A stretch of DNA of 64,000 bases. Origin: Takakia lepidozioides (lineage: Eukaryota > Plantae > Bryophyta). The stretch spans positions 19,220,001-19,284,000 of the forward strand of contig CM060731.1 in the NCBI GenBank assembly GCA_030704615.1, written 5' to 3'. Position numbers and translations under genes: made by a program. This document shows, in pieces, positions 12,114 through 24,527 of the stretch (position 1 is its first letter; each line of letters opens with the position of its first letter). The notes beneath the pieces are model-generated. The model ran no database searches. It was given only the letters and a program-made list of their open reading frames with translations, and was not told where the DNA came from.

Positions 12114-12892
12114 ATGGCGTACGTGGATCACACGTTTTCTATTAGCGATGATCCCACAGGCACGTTCATCATCAACAACAGGCTCCCCATTAAAGAGATC
12201 GCTCTTTCGGTTGCTTTGCTGTCGCTAGGCTTGTTGGGCTTGATTTTTGGATTGATCATGTCCTACAAGAGGATCGGCGGGGACCGGGGTCATGGTAAGC
12301 TTCTCTCAAACTCTATTTGGAATAGTTTGTAATCGCATATGCGGCAAATTGCGATGCATACACCATAGGCGATATTCCTTACTCCCTCTGCACAAGCTTT
12401 TGAGGAAGCCTACAATGGGGACCTGCTCAGTCCTCATGTAAGCATGGGTTACCACAGTATAGGGAGCAATAGTTCATGCACTGGACTTATAGCGACCTCG
12501 CCTAGATTTTTTGGAAGATGTTGTTTTGCATTTTGGCGAATGATTCAGGAGCAACAATTGCCTTGCCTTCTTGGCTTTATTGTTTTCAACCCGCCAGCAA
12601 TAACAGGGCATGTAATTTCATGCCCTAGGACCTAGTAGTGTGTACACTTCTCCATTAGCATCTCTCACAGGCTCAGGCTTGTGGTGGCTTTGATGTGCTG
12701 CTTGATGTAATCTGCAGAAACAGAAAAGAGGGGTAGAGGCGACTTCTGATGTGGGTGTTTGTTGTCTCAGGAATTGCGTTTGCTATTCTTGGAATCCTTC
12801 TATTTTTGCCTGGGTTCTATTACACCAGGATTGCATACTATGCTTACAAAGGTTATAAAGGGTTCTCCTTTTCCAACATCCCTGCTGTCTGA
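12114..12892 (+). CDS. TMEM230-like (DUF872) small membrane protein. Exons 12114-12294 and 12771-12892
   Basis: [13 protein letters not shown]...[12 protein letters not shown] and [30 protein letters not shown]. Phase-1 GT-AG intron. Confidence 0.92.
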
Positions 12893-13842
12893 AATGGGGT
12901 GTTTGGATAGCACAGCTATTGCATCTGCAGCATTGCTTGGAAGTGCATCCCCGGGGCCAGACAGGGTACCCAAGCCTTTGTAATATATGTAGCATGAATT
13001 CAGTTTACAGGTGGGTTCCCATAGCACAAACATTTTGAGTGCGAGGTCTTTTAGGTAGTGCAAATTTGTGTGTTTATGAGCATGCTAGTTGAGCTGGCAA
13101 TCAACGGAGAGAATAAATCTACAGGATCCTTCTCACTATTGGCAGTAAATATTTTGTTCTTTGGAAACTGGGAGCTCAATTGAAAGGTTGCAAATGCCTA
13201 TCGTTCTGGTTCATTGGGTGTGAGCACTCTTTTAATGAGTTACTGTTTGCCCATTGCTGTCTGAGGCTTTTGAACTTTCGTACATCAAGTCTTTAGAAAC
13301 AGGGGCAGTGCTGGTTGGGATTTCACTATGCTTATTCTTCTCTGAACTGCATTTCTGGCGCCCGTGGTAAGGTTTTGGTAATCTAAGGACTAAGTTGTCC
13401 TGAGGGTACTGGAGAGGAGGGGGGTTGGTTTAACTTCATAATTCCGCTGTTGTTGAGCAGTGTAAAACCACGTGTTAAGTGTGTACTGCAAAAATGATGG
13501 GCAAGTGGACTACAGATGTTCATATTTGTTCAAACTGGTGACTTCACTCTCCTTACACTCAATATGCTTTAAGTTGCAAAGGTGAATGTCATGGCTATGA
13601 ATCTGCTCCTCTAATGCTTTTATCTTTGAGCCATTTAAATGCCCTGTGACATGATGATGGTCCCACTTTCATTGCCCAGTTATTCCAGACTAAAGGTCTC
13701 AAGAGTAATATATTCTGTCTACTTGCACAGGTATGCTCTTCCTCTTTGTACTTTCTCTCTCAGTGTTGGTCCTAGAAACTGCTGCTTGGTTCCTTGAAAA
13801 CGTGGTAGAGAGTATACACTCATGAGAAACATGTAGAGAGAA

Positions 13843-13985
13843 TGTACTCATAAGACGTTGTTTGCCGTAGCCTTGTGGCCATTGACCCACGGAGGTAGGT
13901 TCTGTCCCTTTGGTTTCCGCTCAAACTGGGTGCGTGGACTACGTAGGGTGCGAGGGATGTTGAAATCTTAACTTCAACATCCGAA
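13843..13985 (-). mobile_element. Short element carrying the 3' end of the RTEX-like LINE with an internal inversion
   Basis: 13843-13888 is nearly identical to 6411-6456. 13892-13934 matches 6458-6499 in reverse complement. Confidence 0.75.
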
Positions 13986-14200
13986 AGAAGACTGGGCAGG
14001 TGGTTCTTAAATATAATGTGCATGGCCAAGGTCACCTGCTAGCAATCCTTTCACATATTACAGATTAGGAATTAGTGCATTGACTTGCAATCTGAACACA
14101 GCACCATTAGTAATTGTGTCGCAGTGATAACCTTCATCCCCAAGAACAAATGCAATTTTTTGTCATAAACTGCAACTAGTAAGTGGTGTTTTAAGTGTTG

Positions 14201-14504
14201 TGTAGTATGGGTATTGCAGTTTGAATACCCAGCGGGTATCTATAGACACCCCTCATACCATGTATTGTATAACTTCTCATATAGACAACCTGGGCAACCC
14301 CATGTGATATGATATGTGGTGACTATCCAGGTTATAAAAGATACAATCTTACTATGCAATCTCTATCAAACCACTGGACAACCTTCTACAATACTCCTTT
14401 GCAATGTAGACATTCAATATATAATTGAGATCAGCACTCAAAACAGTGACAACTAGGCTCATAACATAGCCAGCCATCCACTCAATTTTGTGTTGTAAAA
14501 TACA
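14201..14504 (+). mobile_element. Possible solo LTR
   Basis: Starts TGTAGTAT and ends AAAATACA, with an internal TATAAAAG. Abuts and truncates the RNase H of the neighbouring element. No clean 5-bp TSD. Confidence 0.35.
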
Positions 14505-16140
14505 GTGTGGGGGAGAGAATGCGGTAAGCTGTTCGAGTATTTCGAAAACGGCCATGACCTCGGCACGAAGTATGGTCGCAGGGCCGGGAAGTCTAAGGGC
14601 ATTTTCTTGTTTATTAGCGGCACGGTAAACACCATAGCCAGCTCTAGATCCGGTGAGGGAGCCGTCAGTATAATGTGAGTTAGACAGGGGGTATTTGAGG
14701 GGGATAATCTGGTGGCATATCAGGGGGGGCACGGGGTTCCGGCAAAAGGGGTGGGGGCAAGGAAGAGGTGTGGTAGTGCCCTTACCCAAGCCTTCTCTGG
14801 GTTAACCCTAGGAATTGGGCCAGGTGTTGGGCTATGGGAGATAGTGCTGGGGGGTGAGGGTGAGGATAAATGGTGGCCTTCATGCCATGTGAATGTACAA
14901 GTAGTTGGTCGAGACGGGCTGGGAAGGTTGACGGTATGGAGATGGGGAAGGTGTGTTGAACATGCAGTAGCCGGGTTAGGGTTGGTTCCACCTATTGTAG
15001 GTAATTGGGAAAGGGGGAACATGTCCGTAGCGAAGGTTTGGTTCGATGGCCAAGAGCGTGACGCCTACAGGGAGTTGTAGCAGGGGGTGGGAGTTGTCGG
15101 GAGACCTTTGTTTTTTAAGTATGAGGATTGTGAGGGAAGAGGGAGAGGAGTGGGCAGCAGTACGTGCCCATTGAAGGGCTTCTTGAGCGAGGAGTCCAGG
15201 TGGTGGGTGGGCAATGCCCTTGCCGGCCCACTTATGCTGGGTGGCAATACCGGTGGCTCCAAAGATGCAGTCTCTAAGGTGTGGGCTGACATACGATGAG
15301 AGCTCCATAGGGCATGTGAGTGGATTGGAGTAATAAGAGTGAGTGAGTTGGAATGAGGTAATGAGTATTGCGAGAATTTCCGGAGGGATGGTATTGTGAG
15401 CGTATGCCGGTGTCTGTTTATGAGGGGCGCGTGGTTTCTTCGGAGGGGTATCTCTGAGGTATCTGTCTAAGAGCCAGCAAATTTCTGTAGCAAAGTCTTG
15501 TTTGGGTAGCTGCAGCTGACTCGTGTGTGAGTTGAGGGAGGAGAGAAGCGATTCCATAGCCATTCGAGTCTGTCGTTGGGAATTAGGCCAAGGTAGCGGC
15601 CATTAAGGGCGTAGATGCTGGATGTATGATAGCCTAAACATATTATGGGAAGGTCATGTTTTATGTCTTTGTCGGGGTTACATTTTGTGGTGTGTATGTG
15701 TACTTTGGGGGTTGCTAACATGATTTGTATGCCACGGGCGTCTACTTATTGGGTTTGGGAGACGTTGCTGATGTATGTCTGTTAAGTAGTTGGTGTTAGT
15801 ACGCTTGTGGAATGCAATGAGAAGGGCGAGGTTGTGGGTGGGGTTGCAGTCGTCATGTGACCCAAAAAGGTCATCTTCGATTTGTCAGGTGTTGTCTTCG
15901 GACGGGAAGCCAGCCCATTTGCAAAGATAGTACGTATCAACACAGGTGGCACCAAATGAGTCTATAGACGTTTGAGTTTTAATCCCAAGAATAGCTTCAG
16001 TGACGAATGCATCAGGGTTTTCTGGGTTGGGTTGGCAGGGTGACGTGGTGGTAAGGGTGTAAATTGGTGAACCGAGGTGCTAGAGGGTGCAATATGGTGC
16101 AAAGAACTGGTCTGGCATCTCTACAAGTCAATACTTGGTG
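14505..16140 (-). mobile_element. Decayed internal fragment of a Dualen/RandI-like LINE: chromodomain + PCIF1-like MTase-like domain + RNase H
   Basis: Chromodomain FVTEAILG..YYLCKWAGFPSEDNT*QIEDDL (~16010-15865). CNPDKDI..IY..GRYLG..DRL. YYSNPL..YVSPHLRDCIFGA..KWAGKGIAHPP..ALQWA..SLTILIL (~15390-15110). RNase H YTDGSLTGSRAGYGVY..TILRAEVMAV (~14675-14505). Confidence 0.72.
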
Positions 16141-16489
16141 GTAGCGGGGCAGAATGATGAAGAAAATCTTTTTGAATTACAGAATGGAATGAGAAACGGT
16201 TTACAAATCGAATGCCTCTGCAAAATTGATAACCCAAACAATTTACCCACAGTGTGAATGAGGTTCAGGGCTTCAACAAGGCCTTTCTAAAGTGAATCTT
16301 GCCCGTATCACCCAGACAGTTTCCTTGCTCAGGGCCAACTAAGAAACTAATGCTTACGGTATTTCCTAACAATTGCTGCGACGAGTTTGCATTTTCCCCA
16401 AAGTGGGCAAGGTTGGGAGCTTGCTAAATGACTGTGCTAAATGCTGGGTTGAGTGTGAGTTAAACGGTCTATCTAGATGGGCAGCACAA

Positions 16490-19400
16490 TCAAACCAGTG
16501 GTTCCAACAATTCCTCCATTTCAGCAGCCATATGGTTCCCACCTCTGCTTCTGGTAGAATCTGTAGGTCTTCGACCGAGCAACCAAGGCCAGCATGTTTC
16601 TATCGATACTCTTCCTGTCGAACCTTTGTTCTCCCGCTTGTTCTCAGAATCTTCTAGCTGCTTGTTCAATTCTTCTACTCTTTCGCGTAACTCCGTAGCT
16701 CTTTCATCTGCCATTTGAAGAGACCGCTCTGCAGCATGACGTGCAGTAATAGCAGCAGTTGCCATCTCCTCTTTTGATCTCAGTTTGAGGTTTGCCTCCT
16801 CAAGTGAGCTTCTCAGACCTACAATTTGCTGCCTCAGAGCAGCAATCTGTAAACACCCACCCTAATGCATGTTATCATACCATCACAGCCAGTAAGTCAA
16901 CTGCGTCTGACCTAGTGCCAAAACAAGCGCATCATCTTAAAAATAGATGGACCAGAAACAATGCAAACTCAAGGTAAAGTTGATACTGGCGCTAACAAGT
17001 ACATGTGATGCATACATTGCAACATCTAAGGAGATCCACTTGTAATCCAATTATTCCAAAGGCTGAGGTCCTACCCTTAATCAATCTTTTGACTCCTACA
17101 ATGTGCATGTACAAGAATGAATTTGAACATGCATCATCATCATTAAGAATCTCGCACCTCATCGTTGCATTTTTGAACGTCCTCTAAGAGGGCAGCTCCA
17201 GCAGCAGCTTCTTCTGTAGCTGCCTGCTTCCAGCGTGCTACTTCCTCTTCTGCAGCCTCGACTTCTGCAGTCAGCCCTTCCACCTTCCACCAGCAAATAC
17301 CCTTGTCAGTTCCCTTGTCCATCTAATTACTTCTATATGGAACATTTAGAGCACAGGTAAGTGCCACTCCACATTCCATGAATGGTCTTCCAGATCAACT
17401 TGAATGTTTCCTCAACATATGATTTGTAGCGTGTGGAGAACACATTCAAGTTGATTGGGAACATCACGCATGGGAGCATCAGGACTGTGTTTAAACTGTG
17501 TGTGTTGGCCCCTACCTTCATGTGAAATTCCTGAATCTGAGCCTTCTTGGTCGCCAACTCATTTGCGTGCATACCCACTAGAGACCGCAGCTCCCCTGAG
17601 TCTTCCCTGCATTCCCACCCCAACACCTCCTTAGCAATAATTGTGCACATCTCTAGCCATTCTCTTTTGTCTTCTAATCAGCTACATGATCCAAGCTAAT
17701 CTGCAACCTTGCTTCAATCGGACTTTGAACGTCTCAGAAATAGCACACTACAACTGAAGAGTACAACACAAAGCCAGGGCAGGCAGGAGAAAACAGCGAA
17801 GCAGAGGGAGAACTTTGTGGAAAGTAGTACCTCGCTCTTACCAACACTCCTTCTAGCTCCCCAATGTGTTGCCTCAACTTGCTCAGCTCCCCTTCCAGAG
17901 CAGACACCTGTTGACAATCGATCCAGAAACCTCTCACCGTCTGCAATAAAAATAGTGAAATGTTCCAGAGTCCCAGTGCAAGTTGTTGCAAGAGGGCAAG
18001 GCAGAGTATACCTTGTCACAGGCTCCAAAAAGGCGAAAAAGAGGACATCCAAGCCATTGGCCAGGCAACAACATTGTAAGTAGCCCTTCATGTCCTTCTG
18101 TGTGATACATGACCCAAACAGAATGATGGATGCATGACCACCCTGACTTTGACTTCACTCTGCGTGGCTCTTCACTTGGACCACAGGCTGGCTCCAAACA
18201 AAGCTGAGTTACCCAAATTGAAAAAAATATGCATATTAACAGGGGCCAAGAGAAATGTACATCCTCAGCCCAAAGATGCAAGACAAGTGGATTAAAAGGA
18301 GTATGCATACCTTGGAAACAGCTTTGCTTTTAGTTTCTTCTGAAAGAGTCAGCTCAGCCCTAATTCTGGCCAAATCTGCATTCTTTTCTTCGATATCACT
18401 CACTGTCTGCTCATTTCCAACCGCAGAGGTACCCAAGACATCCCTCTGCACTGTCTGCGCCTCCCTCAAGGCTGCTTGCAATCTGTCCACGTCTGACTGT
18501 CGCTGGCTAACTTCCACCCTAAGATTTGAAATAGATTCTAAAACCTGCTGTTTCTCGGTCAAAGCAACTGCAAGCAACTCAGCAGCGTCCTGTTTTTGCC
18601 CTGCCAACCTCTCTAGTCTCCTCACCAATTCTTCCTTTTCAATAACCCAGTTCTCTTGGTTCTTCTTCCAACGAATTCCTAGACTTGTCACAAGGTCTGC
18701 AACCAGTTTAACTCCTTCTAAGCACTGTTGGGGGAGTCTCTCATCCCCAGCAGTGTCTACTTCCGCTGCTGATGAAGGCATCTGGGTTTCAGAGTCCAGG
18801 GGAGAGTCCTCTTGCAGACCCAGCAACCCTTGCTTGACGCTAAGAACATATTTCCACTGTTCTGATAGCATGTCTTTCTGCATATTTAAATCTGAAGTGA
18901 GTGACTTGATCTTGGCTTCAGCATCCTCGCCCCGTTTTCTGAATAGCGCAGCTTCTTTTGCTACCAACCCTACCTTCTCTGTCACATCATCTTCCAGTTC
19001 AATCAACCTCCTATCTTTGCCGACGACAGACTTCTGCAATCTTTCGAGCTCTGAAGACTTCCTCCCAACATCCTCTGTCAATCGAGTGATGGAGGCCTCC
19101 AATTGGGATACCTCGATTGCGATGCTGTAGTTTCGTTGCTCCATCCGCTCTTGGGTTTCGTGTCTACTGTTGATTGCACCATCGCGCTGTCTCAAAAGCT
19201 CCTCGACGACTTCTTCCATCCTCTTACCAAATCCAAAGGCAATGGCTGCCAGACCACTGTACTTTGAACTTGGCAGGCCCCCTCCGAAACTCTTGACTCC
19301 ACTCACCATCGATGTAACTTTCTCTGCTCCAGATATGAGAAGCCGTGCTGTACCCTCAATTTCAGCTCTCGCCGCATCACGAGCCTTGCCCAACTCTTCC

Positions 19401-19825
19401 TTTTGCCGCAGACTCTCATCTCTCTGCTTGACGGCCTCGTCTCGCTGCCGAGAAATCTGCTCCTTCTGCTGCAATACGTGCTCTAGCTGTCTATTAACAT
19501 CCTCTTTCCCCCGCAAAGCTTCCTCTTTCAATCGCAGAGCCTCCTCTCTCTGTCTCACTGCTTCCTGTGTAAGCGCTTTCAGCCGTGCAAAGGAGGAATC
19601 TACATCTGCCTTGGCAACCTCCGCAGCTTTTCGAGCGTGCCTCTCTGCCTCGAGCTCGGCTAACGCAGCCTTGAGGCTCTCACCCCCCGATGATGCCGGC
19701 AACACTACGGGTGCTGCTTCCAGGTCATCGTCCTCAAAATCACTCAGTGCTGCACCGTCGTCTGGAGCACTTCCCATGCCTCCTCCTATGTGATTGCACC
19801 CCTCATCTACAGTTTCCTCCAGCAT
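16490..19825 (-). CDS. Long coiled-coil protein, At1g24560/At3g49055-like. Exon 1 19825-18311, last exon ~16846-16490, middle exons partly uncertain
   Basis: N-terminal AALSDFEDD..PVVL, SSKYSGLAAIAFG, MEQRNYSIAIEVSQLEA, AAEEEVARWKQAA, AAERSLQMADERA and C-terminal CWPW..ELLEPLV*. Confidence 0.85.
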
Positions 19826-21344
19826 TCAACATTCCATCTGCCAGTTGCAATCCCTTGAATTCACACCGGAAGATCATCGGACCCTCAATTGAAGATGCAG
19901 TTCGTTCAATTTCCTCAACAACAGCATCAATTCAATTGCGCAACACGTTACGCAGAATTCACGACACTATCGAGCATTGCATACCTCATGCGAAGCAGCG
20001 TCTCTCTTGCGGGCCCCCTCCTCCATCGATGTCCACAATGGATGGATGGGTCTTGGATATTCGGATATCCTCAAAGAGAAGCTTCTTTTCCCTCAATCTC
20101 GGACTGTGTGTCGGTGGATTCTCGGAAAACTCTTCTTTAGGCCGAGCTACTGCAGGAAATTTGTGTAAAGAGCTCGAAGAGAGAGACACCTTCGACACAG
20201 TCAGATGTGTTTGTCGGCTACCAAAGACAGACACGGCGATGATTCGTGTATCATTTGCAGTCAAACTTGAACAAAAAATTGGTCATCAGGTCTGAAAGTT
20301 GTGACTGTATTGAAGCAAGTTGTGTCAGTCTATTCTCCTTTCAGGAAGCTTGCATCCTTGCAGTGAAGCTGGTCAGGGATATTGCAGGAGAACAAGGCTA
20401 CCAAGAACATGGAACAACAACACAAGCAATTACTTGAATTACTGTGGAAGCACTTGGTTTGTCTACCTACCTTAAGCTTCGGCAGAATTTACACCGGTGT
20501 GCATGGTACACCGGTGTGCATGGTGATTATGGACAAATAAAGAGAGCACAAGGTGTACAGTCCTCGGGTTTCCCTGTCTTGCAATAATCCATCATCCTTT
20601 TGAAGGCTGCGCAAAGGGCTTTCCTTGCTCCATGCTAAAATAGTGAGAAAGTGGGTGAGGTCCCAGTATAGGAGGTTCTCCTGGGGGCCATTGTCTACCC
20701 ACCCACCCAACCGGCAACAAAACTCATTGTAGCTTTACAACTGACAGTGATGAAAAGTGGCAACAAGCGACCAACTGGATAGGGTCAAGTGCCAACATTG
20801 GTAGGCAACTCTTATGATGACATTCAACTCTAGCAGACCTTTTTTTGAGATCACTCATATCGAAGCCAAACATCAGCCCTGTTCCTGGTTCTATTTGTGC
20901 CTTCGTTGCAGCTCAGTCTCTCATTTGCTCAATTTTTTACTTCCAGTGTCAACTTCTTACCTTTCCACTTCCATCATATACTTCCATCTCATGATTGACT
21001 AATCCAAAGTTACAGGAACAAAAACCAACCTTCTTGGCCTTTGACCCTCTCACATTATGACGTCCCTTTTCCCTTCTGACTTTCTGCCACATGTGGACTC
21101 CCACCCATATCAGTCAGACTGTAACTGACACAAGCTTTGCACCTTGACAGTCCATTCAGCCTAAAAATAATTTGTGATTGAAAAGAGAATGGAGGGCTTG
21201 CAAGAGGAGTTGCTAGGGAAAAGGAAAAGGTCACAAGAGATCTGCAATCCAGTAAAGCTACCACAGTAAAATTGTTGTAGGCCAAACCTGGCAAGGCTTG
21301 GTTACAGCAACCGATAGCCATGCAACACCAAGTAATGACCAGAT

Positions 21345-23090
21345 TCACATCGCACCAACAACCTGACTCCTACTCAACCTGTTGGAGGAAAGCTTGCTAG
21401 TCCTTCCAGGAATAATCCAATCTACAGATTCACTGTGCCCGTTGTCTTTACTGGACGGGCCAGCACCACCAAGCTTCTGATTGCCAGCTTTCCTCTCAGA
21501 CCTACCTTTGTGTTCTGACACATGTGCGGTTGCCTGTTTCCGACGCAGACGATGGTTGCTTCTGGAAGCCTGTACTCGGCGCTCTATTTCCAAAGCCTGG
21601 GAGAAATCCCAGATACGCACAATCCTTTCCTCCCCACCACTCACAACACGGTCTGCCCCTAGATCTACACAATACGCACTAAGATGAAAACCTGGCAGAA
21701 ATCGCTGAGGTGTTTCCTCTCCCTCCTTGCCCACAACCTGGGTGGATGTATGGTGCCACCTCGACATGGAGACACTCTTTCCACTGCCATTTGCTTTCTT
21801 CATAATCTGTCGCACATCCATCATCGCCAGAGATCCATCCCCTGATGCCGAAACAAGCCAGGGGTCCTCAAATGCAAGGGAATGCACAGCACCCCTGTGA
21901 GGCATCCATTCCGCAATGGCTTCTATAGCACCCCCAGAGCCTGTGTTGCGCCTAAGCCGGTCGTCAAACATTCGCACAGCCCCATCCTCACCACCTGTGA
22001 ACACAAAGTGTCCTGACCGGCTGCCCTCAACTGCATATGCCTGTCCAACGTGCACACCAGTGCGCATTCTCACCTGGTGTCCTGTCTCCACATCCCATGC
22101 ATACACATCACTGCCAGCTGTGCTCAGAATCCGGCGCCCTCGGGGTACCAAGGCCCACACCCAGTCCAAGTGTATCAGGCTGCACACACACTTCCAAGAA
22201 GAGCGCTCCCATATTCGGATGGACATGTCCCAGGACCCACTGTACAAATTTGTTACATCAAGGCCGAGGCATGTGATGGGACCTGTGTGTCCATACAAAC
22301 AAATCTCCGCCCCCTTGCTATTCACTGCAGTCCAAGTACCCGCAGTATCAAAGAGATGAGGGCATTCTGGAATAGCCTGCCAAATCCTTATTACTGCATC
22401 ACTGCCAGCTACTGCCAGCAGACCCAAATCCACTGCAATAGCCCGCACTGTTTCTCCCAGGGGCCGAGAGCAGGTCAGTGGCAGTCCCTCCTCCAGATTC
22501 CAAAGGCGGACAATTTGGTCATACCCAGCAGTGAGGATGAGATTGGCAGCCGGAAGCAGACGAACACAACGGACAGCCGCTGTGTGGCCATGCAACATGT
22601 CCATGCGAAACCGTCCCATCAGTGCCTTGCACCTCTCCTCCCTCGCCACATACAGCTCCCTCCACGACTTTCCTGGAGGTGAAAGCCATGGCACGCCTGG
22701 GCTGGATGCTGCAGGAAGCCCCCAACGTTCACAATAAAAGTCTTTCCATCCCTGGCTATCTGATGCAAGCCGCCTGAACAGAGTGCACGCGCACGAAATG
22801 ATGCAAAGCGCACGCGCATCCAGATGTGTGAACACTTCCAGAATCAAAGCTGGTGGCAGTTCCAAAAACGGACTGCGATCTGCGTCATCCGTCAAAACCT
22901 CCTTGTTTTTGTTGGATCCGGCATCCTCCGCCCCACCTTCTAACGAACAAAGTTGCTTGTTGTCTCTGTTGACGCCCGTCATGGAGCACGTTGATGCAGG
23001 CGAAGACACCTCGGAGCACGTGCTGTCATTCCAGGCCTCATCCGCTGCACCATACACAGCCTTCCAAGCATCCTGGGAGCCCAAGGCCAT
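21345..23090 (-). CDS. F-box/WD40-repeat protein (single-exon CDS, 581 aa)
   Basis: F-box LELPPALILEVFTHLDARAL...WKDFY followed by several GH...WD repeats. Confidence 0.93.
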   Translation of the reverse strand: MALGSQDAWKAVYGAADEAWNDSTCSEVSSPASTCSMTGVNRDNKQLCSLEGGAEDAGSNKNKEVLTDDADRSPFLELPPALILEVFTHLDARALCIISCACTLFRRLASDSQGWKDFYCERWGLPAASSPGVPWLSPPGKSWRELYVAREERCKALMGRFRMDMLHGHTAAVRCVRLLPAANLILTAGYDQIVRLWNLEEGLPLTCSRPLGETVRAIAVDLGLLAVAGSDAVIRIWQAIPECPHLFDTAGTWTAVNSKGAEICLYGHTGPITCLGLDVTNLYSGSWDMSIRIWERSSWKCVCSLIHLDWVWALVPRGRRILSTAGSDVYAWDVETGHQVRMRTGVHVGQAYAVEGSRSGHFVFTGGEDGAVRMFDDRLRRNTGSGGAIEAIAEWMPHRGAVHSLAFEDPWLVSASGDGSLAMMDVRQIMKKANGSGKSVSMSRWHHTSTQVVGKEGEETPQRFLPGFHLSAYCVDLGADRVVSGGEERIVRIWDFSQALEIERRVQASRSNHRLRRKQATAHVSEHKGRSERKAGNQKLGGAGPSSKDNGHSESVDWIIPGRTSKLSSNRLSRSQVVGAM

Positions 23091-24527
23091 AGACTAACGC
23101 TCCGTCTCCTCTCCCCCCCTCCCCCCACAAATCACTTGTCTTTCACCCACACTACTTCAGGCTATAAACCAGATGAGTGAAACAGACAAACCAGAAAAGA
23201 GCAAACACCCAGAACTCAGAATTGCAGCCTACCCACTTGGCAACAAAGCACAGAATTGCAAGCTGTTGTCGCGGTGCTCTGGAAGATTGACAGCACGGTC
23301 ATCAAAGCACCACCATTCCTCCACCCACGAATTCCGAACTGCGTGGTGGTGATGCGAGTGACAGAAGAGGCGACCCAACAATCGTACTGTACCCGACCCT
23401 TCCCTCTCCTTCCTTCTCCCCGACCAAGAATACGTTGTTTGAGGCCGGCAACAAGCAACCAAACCCTAGGTTGAGCTCAAGAATAGACGGTGCTCGCTCG
23501 CCATAGCCGGGCCCACGTGGCCAGTTGCATCCTTCACATCCCTTCGTAGCGCGCCCCAACTCTCTGTCCAATCTCAGACCGCGATGACATACTTTACTTC
23601 ACGAACGCAAATCATCACTCTGCAAACAAAACAGTGAATCCACACCGACTTGTAAGTACGTTATTTGCAGTTGATCGTCCATCGCAAGAGCCAATCCATT
23701 TGTATCCACAACAAGCTTCGCTTTGTTGTGGGCCCGCAATCCTCTCACTTTCCTCGTAGCATATCCATTGGCACTTTCGATTGAGCGGCAGTTTGTTAGA
23801 CAAGCGGCAACTCTGCATTGGCTTTGAAGATGTGTGGGCTCTCTGATGATTGTCTGTATGTCAATCGATAAGTAGATGCAAGATTCCAACTTCGGTTCCT
23901 GTGATGTTCAAGGATGTTGGAGTGCAAGAAGCTCGGCTGCAGGATCGATGAACTAGAGTTTGGCACTGTGAATGTGAGGGCCCAGGATATGAAGAGCTGC
24001 CTTAGGAATAGAAGATCATGCATGACTCAGACCCTGGGGAGTAGATGTTTCTTACACATGTTGGCCATTTCTTAGGCACTGTGATGCGAGGTGCTAGGAA
24101 TGTTCTGCTGGGGAAGGAAAGGGATTTCTTGTTCACTTAGGGGGAATTGAAGTTAGTTTGCCAAGTCCTTTGGACAGTGTTTGCAGGAGCAGTTGAATTG
24201 GTTCAGATGGACCTATTTTGGGGCACTGTCAAGCTCAGCTCCCCCCTGCCGACCCACAGACTTAACCATGTAAACTGGCAGTCACAAAAGTTCAACTTGT
24301 GCAGATGTGCACTTTCCTTGCAAATTTAGGGAAGGGAAGGGACAGGGTGAATAATCAGTGACATTGCAAGAACTTGGACATAGTTTACTGGTCCTTGGTT
24401 GCAACCTTATGCCAAGAGGGCAGAGAGAGATGTCAACTTGCATGAATATTGTGCGGTATGTGGTATGCCTTTGGTGAATATACAACATGCTGAACATGTG
24501 TTCTCTGACTGTTAGATGACCACAGTT

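Noticed and set aside
18255-19793. Long antisense ORFs over the coiled-coil exon (and similar ones over other exons)
   Set aside because: They are shadow ORFs of biased coding sequence with no recognisable domains.
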